A DNA stretch of 64,000 nt, taken from Myxococcales bacterium. GTDB taxonomy: Bacteria; Myxococcota_A; Polyangia; Polyangiales; DASUME01. Positions within the stretch are counted from its first letter, which is position 1, and each line of letters opens with the position of its first letter. A program made the translations under genes and the position numbers. Shown piece after piece: positions 27,797 to 39,829 of this stretch. Below the pieces are notes generated by a model. That model did no database searches. It had not been told where the DNA came from and saw only the letters and a list, made by a program, of their open reading frames with translations. The stretch covers positions 9,280,001-9,344,000 of the forward strand of contig JASGJH010000001.1 of the NCBI GenBank assembly GCA_047601445.1, given 5' to 3'.

Positions 27797-30605
27797 TCAC
27801 GGGCCGACCACTCGAAGGGCCTGATTGAAGCCCGAGACCTCCACCACCGGCGGGCTGCCGCCGAGGCTCGAGCGCGCATAGGTGGCCTTCAAGGTGCGGC
27901 TTTCGTTGGGCACGAGGGACACATAGTTGTCCTGCCACAGGACGGGTAAGACGGATTTGCCGGACTTGCCTGCCGTCAGTCTCAGTCGCGTGAAGAAGGC
28001 GATGTGCTCCGACCTATTGGTAAGGGTCACCGTGGTCTCCCCGCGATCGCCGTCTTGGGAAGACGTGGCGGAGATTTGGAGGTCGACCTTCGGCAAGGCG
28101 TCGAGTGCCGTGTAGTCGGCGAAGGACGACGTGGGCGAGTGATACCAATCGGAGGCCGCGAGATCGATCGTTTCAGGCTTGGTGGAGAGCCAGTAAAAGT
28201 TGTGGCTCAACGCCGAATTCCCGCGGGACAGCGAGAGCGCGACGAAGTAGGTCGCGGACAGTCCATCCAGGGAAGGAATCGTCAGCGCGCGGACGGACGA
28301 GTCAGCGGCAACGTCGATCGAACGCGACTTCTTCCAGCGCGAGCTCCCGTCGAGATTGTAGACGCCGACGTCGACCGTGAGACCAGGAGCAGCCTGCTGC
28401 GTATGGTTCAGCACGGCGACCGAGCCATCGTCGTAGGAGTACATGACGTGGAGGGCTTCGTTGCCCTTCTTGGCGCCGAAGTATGCGCCCGCTGCGCTGA
28501 GATCGTAGCCGTAGAGGTTCCAGATCAGCGATGGCCAGGCGCTGTTCAGCAGCCAGTGGATGATGCCTGTCGCCGACTGGTACTTATTCCTGCCGTAGGC
28601 TTCGAAGGGAGCCCGCTCCGCTTCGTAGTTCATCAGCTGCGCCTTCCTCACGTAGTCCGCGAGGCCCAGGGGCGCGCCGTGCCGCTGGCTCAAGGCTTCG
28701 TTGAAGAGCTGGAGCTGGCCGAAGTTGTAGGCGAGGCCATTGGTTCCGGCGTGGAACTGCTCGTCGTCCAGGCGAGTCCACAGCGACTCCTGCTGATCAG
28801 GATCGAGCATGGCCTGCACGGTCTCCAGCTCGGGAATCGAGGGACCTGGCCCGACCTCGGTGCTGAAGCCGAACGCTCCTCCATGTTGGGTGTCGAGCAG
28901 CCAGTACGAGGGGGCGATCCAGTCGTAGGGGCCGTTCATCTTGACACCGCTCGGCCCCAAGGTCGGCGTCGAGCGGTCAGCTGCGGAGGCCGTGATCGGA
29001 TTGGGCCAAGCCGCGGCGTCCAGGGCCGCGAGCGACTCACTCTCTACGGCAGCCGGCGGCGCTTCATCGCTCCCGATCAGAAAATCGATGGCACTCGGAT
29101 GATTGCGGAGACGGTTGGCCTGGGTAGTCAGCGAGGCGGCAGCGACGCGATGGTCCTCCTCACTCCAGTTCTTCCAGTCTTGCCAGTGGTCGCAGCACAT
29201 CCAGCCTGCGATCACCATGATGCCGTAGCGATCGGCGGCCTGATAGAAGGCGTCGGACTCGAACTTGCCCTCCAGGCGAATGGTGTTGAGGCCCAGGTCG
29301 CGCAAATAGCGAAACTGGGTGTCGAGGCGCTGCGCGTCCTCTCTCAGCAGCATGTCCGGCGAATACCCCGCTCCTCGGATCAAGACGCGCTTGCCGTTGA
29401 TCGAAAACAGAAGGTGACCCGCGGCGTCGAGGGTTGCCGACACGTCGCGAATGCCGAACTGGAAGTCTTGCCGGTCCGACTCCTTGCCGTCGACACTCGC
29501 GCTCAGGTTCAATTCGTATAGCTCTGGTCGCCCCATCTGCGCGGGCCACCAAAGCCGCGGTCGCTCGAACGTGAGCTTGGCGCTGCTGCGCGAATCGAGG
29601 CGGATGCGTTGGGTCTCCTGGGCCGCAAGGTCGAACTCTTCAACCACGACCACCTTCTCGATCTTCGCCGTCACGGTCGCGTGCACGGCGACGGAACGTC
29701 GTGTTCACGAGCCATGCCTCGATCGCGAGCTCGGCGGATGATCCTCCTTCGTTCAAGGCGCTCGTGACGTGCACATCGCGAAGCGCCACGGCACGGCTCT
29801 CCTTCAAGTACACGCTCTGCCAGATCCCCATGTCGAGGTCTGGAGGGGCAGGGTTCCAATCGAACCAAGAGAGCGCCAAGTCGTTCTGGAGATCCGGTGG
29901 CAGGACCTCGATAGCCAGTGCGTTCGCGCCCGCGTGGACCAGCCGGCTGACGTCCCATTCGTAGGCGGTGAATGTGCCCACGACTTCGTCGGCGTTCGCG
30001 ACCTGCATCCCGTTGAGCCAGACGTTGGCCCGGTAGTTGATGCCATCCAGGGCGAGAAACAGCGCGGGCCCGAAGTCGTCGGCGAGGACGAACTCGGTGC
30101 GGTACCACCAGGATGAGAGTGGAATCCAGCTCGAGTCTCCCTGGAAGAGATTGTCGCCGTAGTACGGCTCCGGATACTCGCCGTTGGCGACCAAACCCGC
30201 GAACACCGTGGCCGGCACGCTCACGGGGTGCCAATCGTCAGTGGGAAAGCCCACCTGTGAAAGCTCCTCGCCAGACGCGAGCTCTATCGACGAGGGCTCC
30301 ATACTCCAGCCGTCGTGAAGCACTCTGCGGCCATCGCCGCAGGTCGTGCACGCAGGCGCAACGTCATCGCCGGGGGCTTGGGCACCGTCGAGCGGGCCAG
30401 TCGGACCAGCATCGCGATCCGTCGGCGTGCTTCCATCGGCCTCATGCCCAGGTCGCTCATCGTTCGCGCACGCGATGAGCCCAAGAGTGCCGAGCAGCAG
30501 CAGCGAAACGTGCCCATGCGCGCGGCAGACTTCACCCGCGTACCGTGTGCTTCTGAACATAGGAAGATAGGCCGGGGGCCCATCTTGGAGCAACGCGGGC
30601 GTCAT
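27797..30605 (-). CDS. GH2 exo-beta-D-glucosaminidase (CsxA-like) lipoprotein, split by an apparent +1 frameshift near 29695
   Basis: DGINYRANVWLNG, DWNPAPPD..GIW, NTIRLEGK, GWMCCD.W, LIGSD, KMNGPYDW, FSTEVGPG; start uncertain (30560-30605). Confidence 0.88.
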
Positions 30606-30725
30606 GGCGCATAGTAATTTGTAGATCCGGGCAAATCACCCCAGACGAGCGCTCCGCGCCTGCCCGGCGAGTGGCCCATCGCACCAGCCCCGGCTGGTTC
30701 GTCGCCCGACGCGCTCGACCCGCGC

Positions 30726-32116
30726 TCAGGCGAGGTTTGGCAGGGGGCCCGTGCAGAGCGCCGGGATGCCGAAGCTCGTCACGTCGTCGAGCCCCATCGC
30801 GTGGCACACCGAGAGCAGCAGGTTGTTGTGGGGCTGCCCGTCGCCCGAATACTGGAGATAGCGCCCCGTCGTGAAGGCTCCGCCGCCGCCCGCCAGGACC
30901 CATGGGATGTTCTTGTAGGTATGCGAGTTGCCGGCGCCGAGCTCGTTGCCCCAGAGCAGCACCGTGTTGTCGAGCAGGCTGGTGCCGTCCACCTCTTGCG
31001 TCTTCTGCAGGCCGTCCATCAGATAGGCGACCTGGGCGGCGTGCCAGGCGTTGATCGTCACCAGCTTCTCGTTGCTTGCCTGGTCGTCATCGCCGGCATG
31101 GGAGAGCTCATGATGCTCTTCGTTGACGCCGATCCACGGGTAGTACTGCCAGCTGTCCGCGTTGGCCCACATGAACGTGGAGACGCGCGTCAGATCGCAG
31201 GCATGGGCCAGCAGCATCAAGTCCATCTGCAAGCTGCCCACGGTCGGAAAATTCTCCATGGCGCGGGTGTCGATGCGGGCGGGTAAGGTGGGAGGCGCGC
31301 AGGCGTCGCCGGCGTGGGCGAGCCGCTGCTCGATGCCGCGCACGCCACTCAAGTGTGCCTCGAGCCTCGCTTTGTCATCGCTATTCATACGCGATTGCAG
31401 TCGCGTGATGTCGTCCTTCAAGAAGTCCAGCACGCTGCGACGTTCGGTGAGTACCCGTGCTAGCTCGCTAGCGCTGAGCTTGGCGTCCGCGAAGATGCGC
31501 TCGTACATCTTCCAGGGGTCGTCGACCGCCGTGTTGGGCTGATTCGCGCCGCGGTAGGAGATCACGCGCAGCGGCTCCTGGCCTTCGATGCGAACGCCGA
31601 ACTCGAGCGAAGGAAACTTGGTGTTTGCCCCGAAGCGATTGGCGATCAGTTGGTCCACGGAGATGCGATCGGCATAGCCGGCAGGTCCACCCGAGCCTGT
31701 GAAGCTGCCCGCCATCAGCGAGCCTCCGGTGAGCATGGCGCCCGGGCCCTTCATGTGCGGTCCGCCGGGCTTGTTCGTGCTCGCCACGCCGAGCTCGTCC
31801 TCGACCGTGGAGTTCATGTGCACGCCCTTGAGGACTACCAGGCGCTCGCGGTGATCCTTGAGCGGCTCGAGAATTCGACCCAGCGTGAGCGGAGCCGCGC
31901 TCTGCGTGCCGGCGGGGAAGAACTCGGAGGCCACTGTGCCGTTGGCGGAGAAGATACCGATGAAGCGCTTCGCGTTGGGCTTTTGGTCCGCCCCGAACGC
32001 CGTGGCTGCGCGCCAAATGGGGGTGCTGAGCGCCACGGTGAGGGCGCCGAGCCCGCCCAGTAAGCGACGGCGGGTGAGCACGGTACGAAGATCGGTTGGC
32101 TCGTGGCTTCGAGGAC

Positions 32117-32120
<4 letters not shown>
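30726..32120 (-). CDS. DUF1552 domain protein (Tat-like signal)
   Basis: TRRRLL, ISVDQLIA, SVLDF, DKARLEAHL, ACDLTRV, HHELSH, SLLDNT; ATGA overlap with the upstream gene. Confidence 0.9.
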
Positions 32121-33883
<1,763 letters not shown>

Positions 33884-33906
33884 CCATGCCCCCTATGCGA
33901 GCAAAG

Positions 33907-33937
33907 GATGAGTGGGGGGATCCCGGCGCTTCGATCA
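33907..33937 (-). promoter_or_regulatory. Candidate ECF promoter TGATCG-N7-GGGATCCCCCCACTCATC upstream of the DUF1592 gene
   Basis: 24 of 31 positions form two blocks identical to 36223-36253. Confidence 0.75.
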
Positions 33938-34005
33938 CCTGAAAGAGCACGCCCCACGCGATGTCGACCACGCTGTCCTCGACGCGATCGTGCAGAACTC
34001 CGCCA

Positions 34006-34833
34006 CTACGGAAGCGTGCAGCAGATGTCGCAGTCGTAGGCGGGTAGGGCAGGGCGGCCGGCACAGGCTTGGGCACCGCAGGTCTGGCCTGCGAGGCCAC
34101 CGCAGCTCGCCACGCACTCGCCGTTGAGTTGGATCGAGTGCGGCGGTGAGCAGGGCGTATCGTTGCCTGGTGGTACGTCGCCCAGCGCGGTGAGGTACAG
34201 GCGATCGAGCGCTACCCCAGGCACGCAGTTGGCGATGGTCAGCACGTGGGGCCCCGCGGCGAGCATGAACGTGAGGTGATGTCCGTAGTCGGCATCGTTG
34301 TGGAGGTCGTCCCAGTACCAGACGTCGCCGGTGCTGATGCGCCACTTGAAGAAGTCACCGTCGTCGAGCTGAACCCAGAAGCGATTGTTGGCGGCGCCCG
34401 GAGCGTGGATCCGCCCCCAAATCACGTATTCACCGGCCTGCGCCAGGGCGAACTCGTAGCGAGCACGGGCCATCCCCGGAGCCGTGTCGGCATGCTCGGC
34501 CTGGGGCGGCTCGAGTATTCGACTCGCCGACGCGGCGGGATCCGAGCCCACGGTGAAGCCCCCAGAGAGCGCGGCACTCTCGGCTTCCAGGTAGAACGCG
34601 AGGGGCATCGGCACGGCCGCTTCGCTGGCCTGCGCATCCGGGACGACGCCCGCATCGTCGCTCGGCGTGCGCGCATCGCGAGGGCCTTCCCAGGCGCCCA
34701 CGGAGGTATCCGTGGCCGGGCAAGCCGCACACAAGCACGTGGCGAGAGCGCACATCGCACGAGCGGCGTAGGCGCTGCCCTGGATCTCGGAGCGGGCGAC
34801 TCCGCGCGCGAGCAAAGCGTCCCTGGACTTCAC
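34006..34833 (-). CDS. Lipoprotein with a carbohydrate-binding-like beta-sandwich and Cys-rich tail
   Basis: CAAC lipobox; LEAESA, AGEYVIWGR, FWVQLD, AGPHVLTI..LDRLYLT; GTGA overlap with the upstream gene. Confidence 0.7.
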   Translation of the reverse strand: MKSRDALLARGVARSEIQGSAYAARAMCALATCLCAACPATDTSVGAWEGPRDARTPSDDAGVVPDAQASEAAVPMPLAFYLEAESAALSGGFTVGSDPAASASRILEPPQAEHADTAPGMARARYEFALAQAGEYVIWGRIHAPGAANNRFWVQLDDGDFFKWRISTGDVWYWDDLHNDADYGHHLTFMLAAGPHVLTIANCVPGVALDRLYLTALGDVPPGNDTPCSPPHSIQLNGECVASCGGLAGQTCGAQACAGRPALPAYDCDICCTLP

Positions 34834-35615
34834 GGCGCGCTCAGAAATCTCGCGAGTCGAGGGCTGTGCGGGCTCTCGGGATGGGCGGATATGAAGGCCT
34901 TCACCTTGCGTGCGACCAACGCGTGGTGTCCCTGCGCGGCGAGCACCTCGATCAACAGCACTTCACGCTCCTGGCCGAGCACGCCCCGCGGAGATTGCGC
35001 TCCGAGCCTCTCGAGCGTGGCGCGCGCCGCCGACGTGTCGCCGGCATGGAGCTGGGTGCGAGCAAGAGCCAAGGCCCGACTCTCGTGGAGCAACGGATCG
35101 CTTGCCCGGCTCTTGGTGGTCCTGGGTTCCTGCGCGGATGCTCGTACTTCCTCCAGCGCGGCTGGCTCGGAGCCCACTTGCAGTGCGCCTTCTTCGGCGG
35201 TCGCGAGTCTCGTCGTGTGCACCGCGACCTGCGCTCGAGCAGGAGCAGGCGCTGCTGCGTGTCGATCATGTTGGTCTAGCCAGACCGCGCCGCCGCCCAC
35301 CGCCGCACTCGTGACGGCCAATGCCACCGCTAGTTTGAGCCCGACCGCGGCTTTGGGCGCCAACGACAGCGTGCCAGCCACGACGGTTGCCTCGGCGCCC
35401 ACCTTCGCCGTGGCAGCCGCACCCGCTGCTCCGGTCGCCGCGCCACTCACGGCTGCGCCCGCGAGCGCCGCCGCGCCAAGTTGCGCCGCGATGCCCTGCC
35501 ATGCCTGGTCCTGGATGGCCTTCGTGGGCCCTGCACCGCGTACGCTTTGCAGCAACGCGCGTTCGAACTCGTCGGCATCGCTTGCTGCGCTCAATAACCG
35601 TTCGGGATCGCCCAT
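34830..35615 (-). CDS. Putative anti-sigma factor (single TM, C-terminal TPR-like domain)
   Basis: Coupled to the ECF gene (TGATG); DPERLL N-terminus, Ala-rich TM, LGQEREVL...HPESPH C-terminus. Confidence 0.7.
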   Translation of the reverse strand: MGDPERLLSAASDADEFERALLQSVRGAGPTKAIQDQAWQGIAAQLGAAALAGAAVSGAATGAAGAAATAKVGAEATVVAGTLSLAPKAAVGLKLAVALAVTSAAVGGGAVWLDQHDRHAAAPAPARAQVAVHTTRLATAEEGALQVGSEPAALEEVRASAQEPRTTKSRASDPLLHESRALALARTQLHAGDTSAARATLERLGAQSPRGVLGQEREVLLIEVLAAQGHHALVARKVKAFISAHPESPHSPRLARFLSAP

Positions 35616-36181
35616 CAGACTGCCTCCCTGGATTCGTTGGCCGAAAGGCGCGCGACCTCGCGCCGAAAGGACTCCCGTGCCAGGCGCAGGCGGGAGCGCA
35701 CCGTGCCCACCGAGATGCCGAGCAGCTCCGCGATCTCCTCGCCGGAGAACTCCTCGATCTCGAACAGCACGAACACCTCCCGTTGCGCCTCGGGGATCTT
35801 GCGCAAGATGTTCTCTGCCAACATGGCCTCTTGGCGCGTCTCGGTGTTCGCGCTCGGATCCCCTGGCGCCGGCGCGCGATCGAAGTCCGTGCCGTCGACC
35901 GCGACTTCCCGCCGGATCGGGGCGGAGCGCCGGTAGTCACTCGCCTGGCGCTGGCAGATACCGAACAGCCAGCTCTTGAAGGAGGAGCGCTGCTCGAACT
36001 CCGGTAGGCGCAGGAACGCCGTCAAGAATACCTTCTGGACCACGTCGGAGAGGTCGGAGTCGCGCACTCCGAAGCGCCGCAAGCAGCGCCAAGCGAAGGG
36101 CGCATGTGCCTCGTAGAGCGCACGAAAGTCGGGCGTCGAAGCACGCTCTGGGGCGTGCGAGCGCAAGTCCGAGGGCTTCAT
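35615..36181 (-). CDS. ECF RNA polymerase sigma factor
   Basis: FAWRCLRRFGV...DVVQKVF, SSFKSWLFGI, REVFVLFEIE..SGEEIA..GTVRSRLRLAR. Confidence 0.93.
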   Translation of the reverse strand: MKPSDLRSHAPERASTPDFRALYEAHAPFAWRCLRRFGVRDSDLSDVVQKVFLTAFLRLPEFEQRSSFKSWLFGICQRQASDYRRSAPIRREVAVDGTDFDRAPAPGDPSANTETRQEAMLAENILRKIPEAQREVFVLFEIEEFSGEEIAELLGISVGTVRSRLRLARESFRREVARLSANESREAV

Positions 36182-36222
36182 GCCGGCGCTGCTTCGCAAG
36201 GGGTCATCTAGCGTGCCTGATA

Positions 36223-36253
36223 GATGAGTGGGGGGATCCCCGAGAAACGATCA
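36223..36253 (-). promoter_or_regulatory. Candidate autoregulatory ECF promoter (same motif as 33907-33937)
   Basis: GATGAGTGGGGGGATCCC-N7-CGATCA on the + strand, about 40 bp upstream of the sigma start. Confidence 0.75.
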
Positions 36254-36300
36254 TTCTATGCGCAGGTCACGAAGAGCGACTAGGCTGCCGGCCTGCATCG

Positions 36301-37275
36301 ATGCGGATTCCGTCGACAGCGTTCATTTTGGGGGTGGCCCTACTTTGCTCGGCCGTCGAAGCCCAAAGCGGTCCGGTCGTGCTGCGCGGGCCCGGTGCCG
36401 AGGGGTGCCCCGAGGGTGAGCAGCTCGGTGCCCGCATCGCCGCGATTCGACACGAAGCCGAGGCCCCTGCGAGCGCTGCGTACGAGGTGTCGTTCAGCCA
36501 CTCCGGCAGCGAGTATGCCGCTGCGGTCCGACGCATCGATGACCCTTCGGGTGTGCGAACGCTTACGACCCAGGGCGAGAGCTGTGCCGCCCTGGCGGAA
36601 GCCACGGCGATGACGATTTTGCTGTTGCTGGACTCGGAGCCGCAGCCCGAGCGAAGCCCCAGCCCGCCCAATCTGTCGCCGCCATCGCCGACGCCACCCG
36701 TGACGACGACCCGGGAGGTTGCGCCGCCAGTTCCCGCGGGCTCCGAGGGCCCGACCGCGCCCCATGAGGCCGGGCTGCGCGGGACCTTGGCCATCGGCGG
36801 AGGAGTACTGGTCGGCGCCCTGCGTCCCGCCATGCCGACCTTCGAGACCGAGCTCGGCCTGCTTTGGAGGGCGCTGCGCGCGGGCCTGGGTGTGCTGTGG
36901 ACCGTGCCCGCCAATGTGGAGTTCGGACCCGGCACCCTGCACGAGGCTTCCTTCGCAGGGACGGCCCGCGTCTCCTGCGCTGCGTTGACGCGCGGGCCGC
37001 TGCGTCTCGAGCTGGGCTCCGGCTTGATCGCCGGTGTCGCTGACGTGCAAGCCAGGGGCTACACGCGCAACCAACACGAGCGTGAGCCGTGGCTCGCGCT
37101 ACCGCTCGGCCTGAGCTTCGGCTACTGGCAGCGTCATGTCGGAGTCGAGCTGGTCGGCAGCGCGCTGCTACCCCTGATTCGCCACGACTTCAGCATCCAG
37201 GGCCTCGGACCTGCCTATCGGTCCTTGCCGGTATGGCCGTGGATCTCGCTGCGCGTGACCGGTATCTGGCCGTGA
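36301..37275 (+). CDS. Secreted / outer-membrane hypothetical protein divergent from the ECF operon
   Basis: Signal peptide, CP...R.L....SC..LAEA N-domain, Pro-rich linker, amphipathic beta-strand C-domain. Confidence 0.7.
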   Translation: MRIPSTAFILGVALLCSAVEAQSGPVVLRGPGAEGCPEGEQLGARIAAIRHEAEAPASAAYEVSFSHSGSEYAAAVRRIDDPSGVRTLTTQGESCAALAEATAMTILLLLDSEPQPERSPSPPNLSPPSPTPPVTTTREVAPPVPAGSEGPTAPHEAGLRGTLAIGGGVLVGALRPAMPTFETELGLLWRALRAGLGVLWTVPANVEFGPGTLHEASFAGTARVSCAALTRGPLRLELGSGLIAGVADVQARGYTRNQHEREPWLALPLGLSFGYWQRHVGVELVGSALLPLIRHDFSIQGLGPAYRSLPVWPWISLRVTGIWP

Positions 37276-37337
37276 CCGCCACGCTTCGCCGAGCCGCGCG
37301 ATACCCCTGGCACGCAGCATCGCCGTCGCATGGCAGC

Positions 37338-39680
37338 TCAGCCGCCCTCGCGCAGTTGCTTCGCGCGCTCCTCCGCGCGCTCCCACATGCGTAGGTAGCC
37401 CTCGGCCGAGCGGAACAGCGGCTCCAGATCGGCATCCGAATTGGCGTCCCCGCGCGCGTCCTCGATGAGCTCGGGCAAGAGCCCGATGTGCACCAAGCCC
37501 TCGGTATTGAAGTCGAGCGTGCGCTCGCCCACCTTGGGCTGGGTGAACTCCACATCGCCCGTATAGGACTTGAAGGGGTAAGTGACACGGTCGGCCTGAA
37601 CCGCCTGGCAGCCCGCGCGCTCGCCGAAGCGCGGCTTCGGTGCCCCCGCGAAGCCATTCAGATCGAGGCCCAAGCCTTCGGCGCCGTAGCCCCCGTACTT
37701 CTTCTGCAGCGCGACGCGCTCGAGCAGCGGCTTGAGCATGGCGCCCTTCAGCTGCGGATCGCGACAGCGTCCGAAGTTCATTCGCGAGATGCCCCCCAGT
37801 GCATAGAGACGGCCGTCGTAATGCGTACCGTGGGTGCCCGCGGCCGGATAGTCGTGCTCTTCGAGCAGCTCGAACGCTCGCTGGTAGCCGCGGCGAGGCA
37901 AGTGATCGAGCTCGATGATCATCCCGCGCGCCATCATCTCGCGCATCAGCGTCTCGCCGAGCGCAGTGAGCCCCGTCTTCTGGCAATAGTTCCCCTTGAG
38001 AGGTGCGCCTATCAACCGTGGGGAGTGCTCGGTCAAGGTCAGCATGGGCTGCTTGGCGAACTTGCTCATGTCGTTCGGGGGCGGTGCGTCGTAGCGGTCG
38101 CGCGGCTTGTTGAGCCCGCCGAACTCCACGTTTCCCGAATCGAAGACGGTCGGCACAGCGTCGGGACAGCTCTCTACGAAGTTCGAGTACTGTCCGCTGT
38201 TGACGAAGTTGCCCAGCTCGATGAAGCCGCGGTGGCCGTCGCCCGCGGAGAAGGCATTGTCGTACTTGTGCACGGGAAACATCGCGCGCACGCCGAGGGC
38301 GTAGTAGTCGTCGAGGGTTTCACGAACATACGCTGGGTCGCATTTGGGCGCGCCGCTGTGGGGCACGGAGAAGCAATCGAACAGGTTCGAGGTCTCGATG
38401 CCGAGCACTACCGCGAGCTTACCGTCCGCGATCACCTTGCGCGCTGCAGTCGGGGTCTCGACGATGCGGAAGAATCCCCGACCTGGGCCACCGGCCTGTG
38501 CGTCGATGTAGCGCTCCATGTTGCGAGCTTCGCGCAGGATGCGGTCGACGGCGACCATGTCGTTGCAGGAGTACCGCACGTCTTGGTAGCCCTGGCCTAC
38601 AGTGAAGTCGCAGATGATCTGGTTGGTGGTGGCGTGCAAAATCTCCAGCCTTAGGCCCGAAAGCCAGGCGCGCTGGAGCCACACGTAGTACTGGGTCTGG
38701 TGGGTCGAGCTGAAGGGGCCGTTCGGCCAATCGGTGAAGTCTGGATAGCCTGCGGTGTGGTGGTTGTCGCGCCCGAGCTGTCCGCCGAACAGCACGGGCA
38801 ACAGCGTGTTGGCTTTGAAGCCTTCGGGGCCTCGGTCGAAGCCATAGCCGAAGAAGTCCTTGCGCCCCATCTCGCCGTGAAACGGCTCGCAGCTCCCGAG
38901 CGCGTGCTCGACACCGAGGCGGTGGAAGGGAGCGCCGTGGAAAATGCCGCCGCCTCCGAAGCCGAAGTTGGACAGCACGTGGGAGTGCGCATCGACAATA
39001 CCGTAGAGCGTGCCGTCGTCGAACTTGGTGCGGCCGACGCTGCCGCGCGCGTCGAGCGAGAGCTCCGGGTGTTCGCTGCAGCCGGTGGCGGCCTCGAAGC
39101 GAATGGGGGCGGCCTCCGATTCGGCGAGCACCAGGCCCTGCGCACCGAGGAAGCGGGCGCTCTGCTTGTGTTGCACGGAGAACTCAGCGGGTGAGCTCGC
39201 GCGCGGCAGGACCTGCCACTCTGCGGGCGAGACGAACGTGTCGTCAAGCAACGAGATGTCCGATTCGAGCGAGGTCGTGCGGACGAGCGAGAGCTCCTTG
39301 CCGGTGACGTAGCCCTTCTCGTGATCGTAGAGGAGGTAGGTTCCCAGATCGGCAGCCTTGAGATAGAAGCGGGCGGCCGCGCTGGCGGTGCTCGTGGCGA
39401 ATGCGTAGCCGCCATGGCTCTGCGTCACCAAATAGCTGCCGTTGGTGCCGAGTGTGTAGCAACCGCCGGCGAATGCGTAGGGATTCGGCTGCGGCGCACC
39501 CGCGTCGGTCTCCGCCTTGGGCCGAGCGGCATCGGGTGTGTCGCCATCCGTGCCTGGGGAGTCCTGAACGGCGGCATCGCGTGGAGGTTCTGGATCCGGA
39601 TCGAGCGAGTGCGGGCCGTCAGAACCGCATGCGCCCAGCACTGCCACACCGACCACCGTGGCCGCGTACAACCATCTCAC
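37338..39680 (-). CDS. Amidohydrolase-superfamily lipoprotein (membrane dipeptidase / sphingolipid ceramide N-deacylase-like)
   Basis: VLGAC lipobox; DAHSH, HQTQYYVWLQRAW, GKLAVVLGIETS, ELDH, DLNG, HIGLLPE. Confidence 0.75.
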   Translation of the reverse strand: MRWLYAATVVGVAVLGACGSDGPHSLDPDPEPPRDAAVQDSPGTDGDTPDAARPKAETDAGAPQPNPYAFAGGCYTLGTNGSYLVTQSHGGYAFATSTASAAARFYLKAADLGTYLLYDHEKGYVTGKELSLVRTTSLESDISLLDDTFVSPAEWQVLPRASSPAEFSVQHKQSARFLGAQGLVLAESEAAPIRFEAATGCSEHPELSLDARGSVGRTKFDDGTLYGIVDAHSHVLSNFGFGGGGIFHGAPFHRLGVEHALGSCEPFHGEMGRKDFFGYGFDRGPEGFKANTLLPVLFGGQLGRDNHHTAGYPDFTDWPNGPFSSTHQTQYYVWLQRAWLSGLRLEILHATTNQIICDFTVGQGYQDVRYSCNDMVAVDRILREARNMERYIDAQAGGPGRGFFRIVETPTAARKVIADGKLAVVLGIETSNLFDCFSVPHSGAPKCDPAYVRETLDDYYALGVRAMFPVHKYDNAFSAGDGHRGFIELGNFVNSGQYSNFVESCPDAVPTVFDSGNVEFGGLNKPRDRYDAPPPNDMSKFAKQPMLTLTEHSPRLIGAPLKGNYCQKTGLTALGETLMREMMARGMIIELDHLPRRGYQRAFELLEEHDYPAAGTHGTHYDGRLYALGGISRMNFGRCRDPQLKGAMLKPLLERVALQKKYGGYGAEGLGLDLNGFAGAPKPRFGERAGCQAVQADRVTYPFKSYTGDVEFTQPKVGERTLDFNTEGLVHIGLLPELIEDARGDANSDADLEPLFRSAEGYLRMWERAEERAKQLREGG

Positions 39681-39829
39681 TCGATCACACTACGAGCTGC
39701 GTGCAGGTTCGGCCCGTCCTTTCTCGCAGCAGGTAGCGTCGGAAGATGAGGGCCGATACCAGGACGGCAACGGGAGCGATGGGAGCTCGATGGCCCATCA
39801 GTCGGATCGCCGAGCTTCCCTCCAGTCCC

